Shown here: piece by piece, positions 1-9,574 of the stretch
Layout: each line of letters begins with the position of its first letter
Numbering within the stretch: position 1 is the stretch's first letter
Origin: Kiritimatiellia bacterium
GTDB lineage: Bacteria > Verrucomicrobiota > Kiritimatiellia > RFP12 > UBA1067
DNA: 39,651 nucleotides
Assembly (NCBI GenBank): GCA_050949565.1
Contig: JBMNFY010000009.1
Coordinates: 1 to 39,651, forward strand
Reading direction: 5' to 3'
The notes under the pieces: generated by a model
Databases searched by the model: none
What the model was told of the DNA's origin: nothing
Seen by the model: only the letters and a program-made list of their open reading frames with translations
Made by a program: the position numbers and the translations under genes

Positions 1-1944
1 GTTCAGATCCTCCCAGACAAAGTCGCCGATGCTGTAGCCGGCCACGTTGATCGTGAAGGTGTACTCCGCACTGCGGTCTTCGCCGCCGTTGGCTCTGCCG
101 CCGTCATCCTGGAGATAGACCGTGACGGTGGCGATGCCGCTCATGTTCGGCGCGGGCGTATAGGTCAACGTGCCGTCGGCGGAGATGGCCGGCGGTACGG
201 AGAAGAGTGCGGCGTTGTTGTTCGTTACATGAAAGGTCAGCGTCTGCCCGCTTTCATTCGCCGGGCCTTTGCTGATGTTTGTGGCCCACGCGGGCACGGT
301 CTGTGCGCCCGCTCCCACCGTCAGATTCTGGTCAGCACCTCCCGTGAAGCCCGGCGCGTCGTTCACCGGCAGCACCGTCAGATACACCGTGGCGGTGTCC
401 GCGCGCCCGTTGAAGTTCGTGATCGTGTAGGTAAAGCTGTCGCTACCGTAGTAATCCGGCTCAGGTGTGTAGGTGTAGGAACCGTCGGCATTCAGTACAA
501 GCGTGCCGTGCGCGGGCTGGGTGTGGGCGACCACGGCGATGTCAAAGCCGTTCAGGTCGCTGTCGTTGTTCATCACTCCCGGCGCGGGACGGTCCCATCA
601 CACCTCCACCATTGAGACATTGTCATCGACCGCCGTAGGCGGCAACAGCGTGCGCACGATCGCTTCCCCCGGCACATTGTCGCTTGTGCTGAGGGTCGTG
701 TCGATGATCGTGCTTGTTCCACCCACGTAGGCCACCACACTGTTGGTCGTTACCCCCGCAATCATCGCCCGCGCCTGAAAGGTGAAGTCGACGGTACTGT
801 TGGCCGGAACATGCTCGGTCTCCGACCAGACCAGCCGCGTTCCGCTGATCGACGGATCAAGCATCGTCACCCCGTTCAACTGCGAACTGCCCGGTATGTA
901 CGCCATGTGCGGCGGCAGGGTATCGACAACACGGTCGATCGCCATATCGTTCGGCCCGCTGTTGGTGAAGCGCACGGTATAGGTCACGATCTCATTGGTA
1001 TAGGCCCGCGTGACGTTGGCCAGCTTGGCGAGTGTCGTGATATTGGTCGGCGACTGGATTGGCTGGAAAAGGCCATAGCCCGAAGTGCTCGGATGCGAAC
1101 TTTTATTATTCTGCGAGGCATAGGTCATCGGGCTGACCGGCGTGCTTTGCGCGGTCTCGACCAGCGCCCTGAACGTATAGTAGGCGGTATAGGTGATCTC
1201 GCCGTTGGACCACTGTACCACATCCGCCGGCAGTTGCAGATAGTCGGAGATCGTCTGTGTCTGACTGTTTTTATTCTTTAGCACCAGCGAGACGTCGCAA
1301 AGCTGGAAGGCCCCCGCGTTCCAGGTGCTGAAAACCGCCGGGCTGAAGTTGATCAGATCGCCCGTCTTTACGTTGCCCGCATCGCCTGTTACCTCCACCA
1401 ACACCGTGCCGCCGACCGTCGGCGGGTTCGGGCCGTAGGTCACGGTATAGACCTTGCTGGAGTTGTTTTCACCTGTCGTGGCCACAGTCAGGGAGAAGGT
1501 CTGGTTGGCGACCAGCGTACCGCCCTCTGGGTATCCTTCATACACTTTTACCGTGTGGCTCTGCGGCTGCGTGGTGACCGCCGAAGCGCCCAGATAAAAG
1601 TAGACGGTCTTGTACGCCCCCGGCGGAAGATCATCGACGTGGTACAACCCGTTGTCCCCGCCGGCCAGCGAGACGATATTGCCCGTGAAATCCTCCACTT
1701 GAACCCAGATGTTGGAGTACGGCACATCCGTGTCATTGCGAATGATGTACGAGACAAAACCGCATGAGAGCCCGTTCGGGATGTCCGTCTACAGAATCGC
1801 CCCAGAGGTCCGCGTGATCGTGATCGCCTCGGCCACCAAGGGTGCGCCGGCCAGCGCCAGCGCAAGAAACACGCACGCGCCCGCGCGGCGCAGCAAGCCG
1901 CTTCGAGAGACACGCGGATAAAAGCCGGAATCGATTGCCAACAT
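1..1944 (-). pseudogene. Large secreted/surface adhesin-like protein (signal peptide, DUF11-like domain, cadherin/Big_9-like repeats, start of SdrD-B-like domain); interrupted by in-frame TAG (1789-1791) and TGA (598-600); runs off window
   Basis: ORFs 1789..2007 and 598..1725 and the open frame 1..597 are all the same frame. ATG at 1944 has AAGAGGG upstream and a hydrophobic signal peptide. Motifs: 'VTYTVRFTNSGPN...VVDTLPPHMAYIPGS', 'PTAVDD...GVMNNDSD...HGTLVLNADGSYTYTP', 'SIGDFVWEDLN'. Confidence 0.75.
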
Positions 1945-2108
1945 ATTTCGCCCTCTTATCTGATGCTTGATATTTTTGGAGTTCGCTATTCCCTCCGTGT
2001 AGCGCAACGTCAGCAGACACCGACTTCACACTTCCACTCCTACTCCTGACGCGGCGCAAAACCGCCGCCCCGTCCGCCCCATGCACAAGGCGGTCACAAC
2101 GGGGGCAA

Positions 2109-2137
2109 ATTGTCCCCGAAAAGCCGAATCACGTCAA
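2109..2137 (-). promoter_or_regulatory. Putative sigma70 promoter of the adhesin gene
   Basis: TTGACG-17 nt-GACAAT on the minus strand, ~165 nt upstream of ATG 1944. Confidence 0.55.
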
Positions 2138-2164
2138 CCGTCTTGTGACCGGGAGGGGGACCGC

Positions 2165-2192
2165 GCAAGTGTCACTTGCCCGGCGGCGGCCA
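2165..2192. repeat. REP-like palindromic repeat, copy 1
   Basis: gcaagtgtcacttgcccggcggcggcca, identical to 3841-3868; core palindrome GCAAGTG-T-CACTTGC. Confidence 0.8.
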
Positions 2193-2330
2193 GCGTAAAC
2201 GGTGAGTTCCGGCCTACTTCCGTGGGACAGGCAATGACCGCTTTGGCGGTTTTGGGAGCGGGTGAATGACGATTGAGGTGATGACCAGTTTCACAGCACC
2301 CTAGGCGCTGTGAAGCGTGGTTTACAAGAC

Positions 2331-3605
2331 TCAACTCTTTTTAGGTTTGCGTAGGTTGTTGGCGAGAGCCGCGCGAACGGCGGCAGTATTGGGCCACTGC
2401 TGTTCCAGCGAGGCGTCGACGTCTAGTGCGATGAGGGTGGCGCGGTGGGTTCGGCGCAGGTCGCGTGCTCGGCGGACCCAAGCCCACGGCACGCCCGCCA
2501 GTACGCGCGCACAGGGGTAGCGTTCGGCCAGAAACGCTCTGGGCATAAAGATACGACTCAGTGCCAGTCGAGCGCGCCCAAACAAGCCGGCTTGGCGATA
2601 GCTGAGCGTCGTCGATTCTGCCCCACGTTCTGACCCGCGTGGCAAGTATGCGAGGGCGTGAATCGCGGCGTTACGCCAAAACGCGTCGATATACGGCACG
2701 TCTTTCGCCAGGGTAGCGGGCAGAGGCACGTCAAAGAGTTCCGCAGTGAAACGTAAAACGAACGGGATAGCCGTTCCAATTTGCCAGCGTGCGCCTGCGG
2801 CGGTGATTGCTTCGGGCGTGAGCGCATCGCCTCGCGTACGCATGAGCAGCGCGACATCCAGATAAGAACGTAGCGGAATTGCAAACAGATGGTGCAGCAT
2901 GCGGTGTACAAGGTGTGCGAGTTGGTCGGGAATTGACAAGGCGAAACAGGGAGAACCGTAAAGCCGTACTGGTTCGACATACCACCATATCGCTGCCATG
3001 TCCGCTTCTGGTGAGTCGGCCTCCAGCTTGCTGAACACGTCCCAGTGCATCTCTACGGTGTAAAGGTGCTGGGGGTGGCGGTAGCCTTGAGCGCAGGCAA
3101 AGCGGTTGCGCAGCGTGTCGGCGGTAGCGGTGTAGCCAAGTTGCAGCATCACGGCATGACTGCGGTCGCGCTGGTCGGCACGGATCAGTACATCGATATC
3201 GCTCATGCTCCGCAATGCCGGATTCGCGTACACCGACTCGGCAAGCCAAGCACCTTTCAGCATGACCAGATCCAGGCCAGCGCGTTCAAAGCCCGCCGCC
3301 AACTCGGCAAGTTGGCGATGCCGCAGTGTTGCGCGCTGTAGTTCCCGCAAGGCACGCATGCGCCACGCGCCCGGCACGCTGTCGGGCAGGGCGGACGACG
3401 TGGTGAAATGCTCGGGAAAATGGGCTGCCAGCCACGGGAAGAGAAAGGCGTCTACGCCTTGTTTGCACGCCGTACGATCGAGCAGCGGCCACAATGGCTC
3501 GTCTGTGTCGACCGACAGCGGCCGATCGTGCAGGGCGTCGCGTACGCATACGATCAGCATGCGAAGTCCAGTTAGATCTGACAGGGCGGTGGTTTCGGAA
3601 TCCAT
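2331..3605 (-). CDS. Nucleotidyltransferase family protein (NTP_transf_5-like)
   Basis: Motifs LKGAWL, Y..P..R.MSDIDVL, VEMHW; start uncertain (3605 or 3692). Confidence 0.8.
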   Translation of the reverse strand: MDSETTALSDLTGLRMLIVCVRDALHDRPLSVDTDEPLWPLLDRTACKQGVDAFLFPWLAAHFPEHFTTSSALPDSVPGAWRMRALRELQRATLRHRQLAELAAGFERAGLDLVMLKGAWLAESVYANPALRSMSDIDVLIRADQRDRSHAVMLQLGYTATADTLRNRFACAQGYRHPQHLYTVEMHWDVFSKLEADSPEADMAAIWWYVEPVRLYGSPCFALSIPDQLAHLVHRMLHHLFAIPLRSYLDVALLMRTRGDALTPEAITAAGARWQIGTAIPFVLRFTAELFDVPLPATLAKDVPYIDAFWRNAAIHALAYLPRGSERGAESTTLSYRQAGLFGRARLALSRIFMPRAFLAERYPCARVLAGVPWAWVRRARDLRRTHRATLIALDVDASLEQQWPNTAAVRAALANNLRKPKKS

Positions 3606-3840
3606 GATGTCAGTAATACCACGAGAGACGGTGCAGGGGCAAGTATCTACCGCACGTTTACTCTTGCCTTGTCCCCTCCCTTCCGTCATCATGTCCCCAT
3701 AACGGATTTCGGATGATGTTTATGCCGCATCCAATCCAGCCCAAAGGTTAACCATGAACAATAACGCCGCATCGCGTCTCTTGTCTTGCGTCTTTGCTCA
3801 GGTTCAGGTTTTCAGGATTCACTGCGAAGCGCCGGGAGGG

Positions 3841-3868
3841 GCAAGTGTCACTTGCCCGGCGGCGGCCA
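3841..3868. repeat. REP-like palindromic repeat, copy 2
   Basis: 28 bp identical to 2165-2192. Confidence 0.8.
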
Positions 3869-3933
3869 CGCCGCCACCCCGTAGAAACTCTCTGCGTCTC
3901 TGCGCCTCTGCGTTAAAAAAAGGAAACGGTGTC

Positions 3934-5079
3934 ATGTTGAAAAAGGAGTGGTTACACGGGGTTTGTTTCGGACTGATTTTTCTTTTCGCTTCACAACTCG
4001 GAGCTATTCCCCTGCAACGCATCGAAGAGCAGTCGTTCGGGAGCACGCCCGCAGGCGAAGAGGTGCAACTCTACACACTACGCAACGCACACGGCATGGT
4101 AGCGCGTGTCATAGGATACGGCGCGACGATCACCGAACTGCGCGTGCCCGACCGTGATGGAAGGTTCGCCAATGTCGTTATGGGCGCGGAGTCGCTCGAC
4201 ACATACCTCAAAGGTTTCAGTGCGGCGGCCTCAGTCATGGGACGCGTCGCCAATCGCATCGCGAACGCGCGCTTCACATTGGACGGCCGCGAGTTCCGCG
4301 TGACAGCCAATGCCGGCCAGCACCAGCTCCACGGCGGTCGCAACGGGTTTGCGCGCAAGGTGTGGCGCGGCGAGGTATTGCCCGCCATCCCGAACGCTAC
4401 CGCCGTGCGCTTCAGCCTGCGCAGTCCAGACGGCGACGAGGGGTTCCCCGGCACGCTCAATGTGACCGTCACCTACACGTTGAACGATGACAACGAGTTG
4501 CGCATCGACTATACGGCGACTACCGACAAACCCACGCCGGTCAACTTCACCAACCACGCTTACTTCAATCTTGCAGGCGAAGGGGACGTGTGGGACCACC
4601 AGGTTTGGATCGACGCCGATCGTATCACGGCAGCCGATGCCGAACTGATCCCCACCGGTGAGTACGCGCCCGTCACGGGAACTCCGCTGGATTTCAGCGC
4701 GCCGACCGCGATCGGCGCGCGGATTGAGGCGCTTACGTCAACCAAAGGGTACGACCACAACTACGTTTTGCGCAACGGTGGTCAGAGCTTCGCATGCGCG
4801 GCGTGGTGCTACGAACCGCGCAGCGGCCGTCTGATGCACGTCTACACCGACCAGCCCGGCATGCAGCTCTACACGGGAAAACGTTACTTCCGCAACGGCA
4901 AGCCAGTAGCGGCAACGCCGGATCAAAAGCACAACACCGTCTGCTTTGAGACGCAGCACTTTCCGGATGCCGTCAATCATCCGAACTTCCCGTCGGTCAT
5001 CCTGCGTCCCGGCCAGACCTTCCGTCGTGCGACATCCTACCGGTTTTCCGTGGCCAACGCGCTACCGGCGGTGCCCTGA
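3934..5079 (+). CDS. galM: Aldose 1-epimerase (galactose mutarotase) with signal peptide
   Basis: GRVANRIANA, LHGG, GFPG, NFTNHAYFNL, GYDHNY, TDQPGMQLYTG, CFETQHFPD; frame stays open upstream to ATG 3754. Confidence 0.92.
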   Translation: MLKKEWLHGVCFGLIFLFASQLGAIPLQRIEEQSFGSTPAGEEVQLYTLRNAHGMVARVIGYGATITELRVPDRDGRFANVVMGAESLDTYLKGFSAAASVMGRVANRIANARFTLDGREFRVTANAGQHQLHGGRNGFARKVWRGEVLPAIPNATAVRFSLRSPDGDEGFPGTLNVTVTYTLNDDNELRIDYTATTDKPTPVNFTNHAYFNLAGEGDVWDHQVWIDADRITAADAELIPTGEYAPVTGTPLDFSAPTAIGARIEALTSTKGYDHNYVLRNGGQSFACAAWCYEPRSGRLMHVYTDQPGMQLYTGKRYFRNGKPVAATPDQKHNTVCFETQHFPDAVNHPNFPSVILRPGQTFRRATSYRFSVANALPAVP

Positions 5080-5254
5080 TCCGTGCCGCACCCGCAAGCA
5101 AGAGGTTTTGTAAGAGCCTCGGTTAGTGACAGAGACGCGCGAAGATCATGAGTTTCTGGAGAAAAGAGGCACGGCGAGTCGGGACTGCGGGCGTCCTCGC
5201 CCGCAGCAGCGTGTCATGAAAAAGGCCGACGCATGTATCTGTTCAAGCAGGAGA

Positions 5255-5432
5255 AGAACGCAGAACGCTCAACGTCGAACACAGAACGCAGAAGTGGAGA
5301 ACATGAAACGTTCAGTGTCAGAATTGCGGAACGTTGGGAAGATGAGAGCAACGCAGAACCTCTGCGCCTCCGCACCCCTGTGAGAAAAACCGAACAATAA
5401 AACTTGGGACCAGAAACCTGAAACCCAAAGCC
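5255..5432. repeat. Direct repeat A, copy 1 (heptamer/octamer composite)
   Basis: 5255-5398 matches 6273-6416 with about 8 mismatches in 144 bp; looser tail follows. Confidence 0.9.
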
Positions 5433-5442
5433 GCCCCGTTAC

Positions 5443-6126
5443 TCACTCCTCACTTTCCTCAGCCCTCCAGGCGCGGATGTAGCGGCGGCGCACCTTGGCA
5501 ATGAACCCCTCGGCGGCGTCCGGTTTCGCCTCCGGCGCGGGTGCAGCTTTTTTCTTCTGCTTTGGCTTCGGCGCGGCGACACGCGCATGCAACTCTTTCA
5601 GGCTGTCGATTCGGAGCTCCGCGGCACAGATCGTGCCCTCGCGCATCCTCCTTAATTCCGGGAAGTCGTCGAGCGGATAGAGGAGCCCGTTGTTGAAGTG
5701 ATAGATAGTCCGGTTGACAATCGGCAGAAGCCGCCGCTCCTTGATGCCCGGACCGAACCTGAATACGCGCACCTTCACCTTCGCGGCCTCGGGATGACGG
5801 TAACGCGCCTCTTCGGGCATCGCGGCGCCTTTCGCGACGAAGAGTGCGTTCATGCCCTTTTTAAGATAGTTGCGGTTGACGCACATCTTCCACGAGATCC
5901 CGAGCGAACCGCGCACTGTCACCAGCGCATACCTTTCATTCGCCTTCGGAATCTCCTTGTAGGCGACCACCCTGACGATACACGCGAGCGGCAGCGCCGT
6001 CGGCATCGTCTCGCCCTCGCCACGCCGCAGCTTGTCGAGGTACGCAATCGCGATAACATCTTCCGGCGTCCTCTCCGGCTTCTTCGGCCACTCCGGCTTC
6101 TCAGGTCTCTCGTTTTCTTTATTCAT
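5443..6126 (-). CDS. Hypothetical protein resembling the N-terminal OB-fold of DRB0094-type RNA ligases, without a ligase domain
   Basis: 227-aa ORF under promoter copy 1; 'LACIVRVVAYKEIPKANERYALVTV..W.MCV...LKKGMNALFV...AAMP' and 'NGLLYPLDDF...EGTICAAELRI' patterns. Confidence 0.55.
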   Translation of the reverse strand: MNKENERPEKPEWPKKPERTPEDVIAIAYLDKLRRGEGETMPTALPLACIVRVVAYKEIPKANERYALVTVRGSLGISWKMCVNRNYLKKGMNALFVAKGAAMPEEARYRHPEAAKVKVRVFRFGPGIKERRLLPIVNRTIYHFNNGLLYPLDDFPELRRMREGTICAAELRIDSLKELHARVAAPKPKQKKKAAPAPEAKPDAAEGFIAKVRRRYIRAWRAEESEE

Positions 6127-6143
6127 CTATTCCACCGCCATCA

Positions 6144-6224
6144 TCCACAAGGCACTCAACAACGCACCGACACCCACGATGGCACCCATTATGCGAGGGA
6201 GAGTGAAAACCGTCAACCCGCAAA
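6144..6224 (-). promoter_or_regulatory. Repeated promoter + hairpin leader, copy 1
   Basis: TTGACG(6216-6211)-17-CATAAT(6193-6188), then 7 nt and ATCGTGGG hairpin; aligns ungapped with 10170-10250 and 10667-10748. Confidence 0.85.
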
Positions 6225-6272
6225 ACTCGCGCATCAGTTTTGTGGGCGGCGTTCACGATGCCCTCTGCGATG

Positions 6273-6455
6273 AGAACGCAGAACGCCCAACGTCGAACAC
6301 TGAACGCAGAAGTGGAGAACATGAAACGCCCAACGTCAGAATTGCGGAGCGTTGGGAAGGTGAGAGCAACGCAGAACCTCTGCGCCTCCGCACCCCTGTG
6401 AGAAAAACCGAACAATGCCTGAAACTTGGAACCAGCAAACCTGAAATCCCAAGGC
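6273..6455. repeat. Direct repeat A, copy 2
   Basis: Matches 5255-5432; lies just past the mcrC stop. Confidence 0.9.
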
Positions 6456-6467
6456 CCCCACTATTCG

Positions 6468-7943
6468 CTATTCACTTTTTTCATTCACTTGACTGACCAG
6501 CCAGCCAAGACCCTCCCGAGCCTTGGCGTCCATCTCCGTTGCAAATTCTTTAAAGTCAGAATGTCCTTGGGGAACGGGTAGCCCCAGTTCAAAAAGACAG
6601 CGTTTGCAGTCAGCATTTTCCGCTGGCTGGTGGGCGCGCGCCCCTAAGAAACACCGTGTTTTTTTGTAAATCCCGTTTTCGTCTTTAACATCGCTTTTAT
6701 CATCGCCGTCGTACGGGAAGAGCAGAGAGGCGCGATTACATTCATACCGGTACATGTAGGTGGTGACTTGATAATAATCTTCCCGCGATGCCTCTTCACC
6801 GCGTTTGTCAATGCGCTTGTACTTTGCATCAGCCACGAAATGCGCGGTTAGAACGTTTTTGCCGTCAGGTTCTTTCACCTTGATGAAGTCTGGATATATT
6901 TCCTGACCATCTTTAAAAAGCGTATCTCTTCCCTTGCGTTCTTTGTTGCACGGATGTTTTATTTCTTCGCCAATCTCACGGAACATGACATCCAGATACT
7001 CCTCCCAGAGCCACGCTCCGTCGAAGATCAGGCCGTAGACCTTGCCCTTTTCCCTGCCGTACGTCAGTTTGTCGTGCCGCAGGATACGCAGGCAGAGTTG
7101 CTGGAGACGACGCCACTCCGTGAAGTAGGGATGCGTCACGGGATGTGTCAGGTTGGCATTGATGACCCGACCGCGCTCATTGCGGTTGTAACCCAGAGTG
7201 TGAAATTCAATCTGGTTGACGGCATCCGACATCTCGGTACTGTTGCGCAGAGTGCTCCGCCCCCATGGATGCGCCTTGATATGTTCGATCGTATGACGCA
7301 CGAGTTGTGTCACGGCGTTGTCGTACCGATACTCTCGCGTGTTGTAGGCGATCTTGCCCGCGAACGGAATATTCCGCTTTAAGTGCCGCGCGACATCAAT
7401 CGCACCCTTCACGTTGGCGTCGTTATGTTTGATCCGTCTGTACTCTTTGTAGAGTCCCTGACGCATCGCCGGCATCAGGTGTGACGGAAAGAGATAGAGC
7501 AGAAAATCATAGATGTTATCGCGAAGATCTGTCCGCACTTGGAAATTAACGATGTTCAACCTAAACACCTTGTGCAGCATGTGGTGCAGAAAGAAGTCAT
7601 GAGCATCGTCTTTGGCAAAGCGCGAGGTGATGGTCAGTTGGGTGTTGTTCCGCCCGACAAACCCCATGACGTTGCCCGTGGCAAGCGACCAAGCTCCGGC
7701 TTCTTGAGGGTGCAACGAAAAGAGTCGCAATGTTTCGGCTTTGTCTTCTCCGCTGCGGTACGTGTCTAAACCGTAAGGGAACGCCAACAACGACGGATTA
7801 TCACCGCGCAGCTCCGCTATCGTTTGCACGGCGATGGGAGCCAAGTCGTCGACCGCTTGGGGAGCCAACTGCAGCGACTTGGCCGTGGTATTATCGGTTG
7901 TCACCAGATGAGTTGTGCCGTCATCAAGAGTGCGCCCCGCCAT
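6468..7943 (-). CDS. mcrC: McrC-like PD-(D/E)xK nuclease subunit of a modification-dependent restriction system
   Basis: TGNVMGFVG, RQGLYKEY, KGAIDVARH, LWEEYL, YPDF...DAKYK...DYYQ..TYM; overlaps the mcrB stop. Confidence 0.88.
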   Translation of the reverse strand: MAGRTLDDGTTHLVTTDNTTAKSLQLAPQAVDDLAPIAVQTIAELRGDNPSLLAFPYGLDTYRSGEDKAETLRLFSLHPQEAGAWSLATGNVMGFVGRNNTQLTITSRFAKDDAHDFFLHHMLHKVFRLNIVNFQVRTDLRDNIYDFLLYLFPSHLMPAMRQGLYKEYRRIKHNDANVKGAIDVARHLKRNIPFAGKIAYNTREYRYDNAVTQLVRHTIEHIKAHPWGRSTLRNSTEMSDAVNQIEFHTLGYNRNERGRVINANLTHPVTHPYFTEWRRLQQLCLRILRHDKLTYGREKGKVYGLIFDGAWLWEEYLDVMFREIGEEIKHPCNKERKGRDTLFKDGQEIYPDFIKVKEPDGKNVLTAHFVADAKYKRIDKRGEEASREDYYQVTTYMYRYECNRASLLFPYDGDDKSDVKDENGIYKKTRCFLGARAHQPAENADCKRCLFELGLPVPQGHSDFKEFATEMDAKAREGLGWLVSQVNEKSE

Positions 7944-9312
7944 ACGCCTTCCTCAATTCTCTTAGCTTCGCTTCCGCATCCGGCATCCCGCGCAGGTACT
8001 CACGCAACAACGGTTCAATGTGATACTGCCAGAGAGCGTTGAAATCTCCGTCGTACTTCTTCAATTTCAGGAAATATGCGCCGCCGATGTGATACGAGGA
8101 GTTAAGGCCGTCGGCTTCAGAAATTGCTTTGTTCAGTGCCGCCATCGTTTGCTTCACCTTGTCATCCAGCCCCATGTTCTCGGCGCTCTCTGCGGCAGTA
8201 ATCTCCTCCCAGACAAACCTTCGCCGCATTGCGAAGTCGAAACTCTCGACGCTCCGGTCGATGTCGTTCATCGTGCCGATGATGTAGACGTTCTCTGGGA
8301 CATAAAACTTCTTCTCATCATCAGACCCCGCTCGCATACTGACATACTGAGTCAACACTTTACCGGCGACACCCCGGTACCCCGGGTCAATAGAGAAAAA
8401 CAACTCGCCGAAAATCTTCGAAATCTCACCTCGGTTAATCTCATCAATGACGAAAACGAACTTCTCGCTGGTCTCGTCATATTTTCCATTATCCTTGTAC
8501 TTACACTCTTTACGAGCCGCCTCGCAAAACTTCTTGAAAGTACCATCGGTAAGCTCAAACCCGATATTCCCGTTCACGTCTGGTTGCTTCGGACGCAACC
8601 CCTCCACGAAATCGGTATAGTCATAGGAAGGGTGGAACTGGACGAAAGCGAACTGTTTGTCGAACTTCTCCTTTTCACTCTCCTCAAAGTTGTTTTCGTC
8701 CTTCGGCTCCCAATCGTCGCCAAAGATCAGCTTCTGCGCAAGTTGTCTGGCCAGATAAGTCTTCCCTGTCCCGGGCGCACCGGTCAGGATGAGATTGTAA
8801 TTGTTCCCTAACAGAGTGACCAACGCCTTCATACGGGCATTTTCTTCGTTCATTTTTACAGCCTCCTCCACAACGGTTTTCAGTTTCGACGCTATTTTCT
8901 GATCTTTCGGATTCTTTGACGGATGTAGTTCGTATATTGAAGGTATTCTTCTCGCACCTCCGAAAGCGGCCCCTTCAAAATCGAGTCCAAGCCCGGCAAG
9001 AGCGTCTTGGCCTATCATGCCTTTTAGCTTGCGCGCATAAGCATGATCCGGAACTCCATCCTTCTCCGGGGTCACCGCCTTGACATCAGAGTCAACAATA
9101 CCTGCGAAGTAGAGTTCCTTGCTCTTGTTTTCACCGCGCGCGATGAGAACGATATCCCCTCGCTTTACCGTATGATGAAAATCGCGGCCTCGCGCCGCAT
9201 GTGTCTCACCAGGCCCATAACCCATGTAAACGCAGTGATTCTTGCGAATGGCATCTATCCAAGCCCCGCTCCCTTCGTTTCTTACATTTGGCGAAACGAC
9301 CCAAAACCGCAT
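7924..9312 (-). CDS. mcrB: McrB-like AAA+ GTPase with N-terminal putative EVE/PUA-like DNA-reader domain
   Basis: Walker A GAPGTGKT, VQFHPSYDYTDFVEG, Walker B VIDEINRG, McrB signature GTMNDIDRS, AMRRRF; alternative start 9321. Confidence 0.92.
   Translation of the reverse strand: MRFWVVSPNVRNEGSGAWIDAIRKNHCVYMGYGPGETHAARGRDFHHTVKRGDIVLIARGENKSKELYFAGIVDSDVKAVTPEKDGVPDHAYARKLKGMIGQDALAGLGLDFEGAAFGGARRIPSIYELHPSKNPKDQKIASKLKTVVEEAVKMNEENARMKALVTLLGNNYNLILTGAPGTGKTYLARQLAQKLIFGDDWEPKDENNFEESEKEKFDKQFAFVQFHPSYDYTDFVEGLRPKQPDVNGNIGFELTDGTFKKFCEAARKECKYKDNGKYDETSEKFVFVIDEINRGEISKIFGELFFSIDPGYRGVAGKVLTQYVSMRAGSDDEKKFYVPENVYIIGTMNDIDRSVESFDFAMRRRFVWEEITAAESAENMGLDDKVKQTMAALNKAISEADGLNSSYHIGGAYFLKLKKYDGDFNALWQYHIEPLLREYLRGMPDAEAKLRELRKAYGGAHS
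8929..9296. repeat. 368-bp near-identical duplication, copy in mcrB 5' end
   Basis: Matches 9731-10098 (offset 802) with 2 mismatches seen (9153/9955, 9209/10011). Confidence 0.95.
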
Positions 9313-9338
9313 CTCAGGCATCCCTTCTCATATCGTCA

Positions 9339-9548
9339 TCAACCATCATTAGCATCCTTTCCTGCACCGTCTTGCGACGATTGTTCGTCGTTCCGCTTTT
9401 TTGTCGGTGTCTGAGACAGCCAAGCATACATAGGCCCAGAAAAACCGCATCCCCAGCAAACACTGTCGGGATAATCGTAGGGCTCATACCCGTTGGCCCG
9501 TATCCAATCGGAACACTGTTGGCTTCCGCATGGCTTTGTGCTCGTCAT
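9339..9548 (-). CDS. Small Cys4 protein (69 aa), possible zinc-binding
   Basis: GGAGG RBS then ATG; MTSTKPCGSQQC...VCWGC; co-oriented and immediately upstream of mcrB. Confidence 0.55.
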   Translation of the reverse strand: MTSTKPCGSQQCSDWIRANGYEPYDYPDSVCWGCGFSGPMYAWLSQTPTKKRNDEQSSQDGAGKDANDG

Positions 9549-9574
9549 CGCTGTCACGCCTCCCTGAACACCCC

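Noticed and set aside
585-600. Selenocysteine recoding of the TGA in the adhesin
   Set aside because: The following hairpin is tiny, the position is not a catalytic Cys site, and the same gene also has an in-frame TAG
2092-2140. GGTCAC...GGGCAAA resembling the start of a c-di-GMP-I riboswitch near the adhesin gene
   Set aside because: Wrong strand for the adhesin, lacks the P2 GAAA stem and GACGCAAAG junction, and is better explained as the minus-strand promoter
2331-3605. Lasso-peptide cluster implied by the NTP_transf_5-like gene
   Set aside because: No lasso cyclase, B1/B2 proteins or precursor nearby
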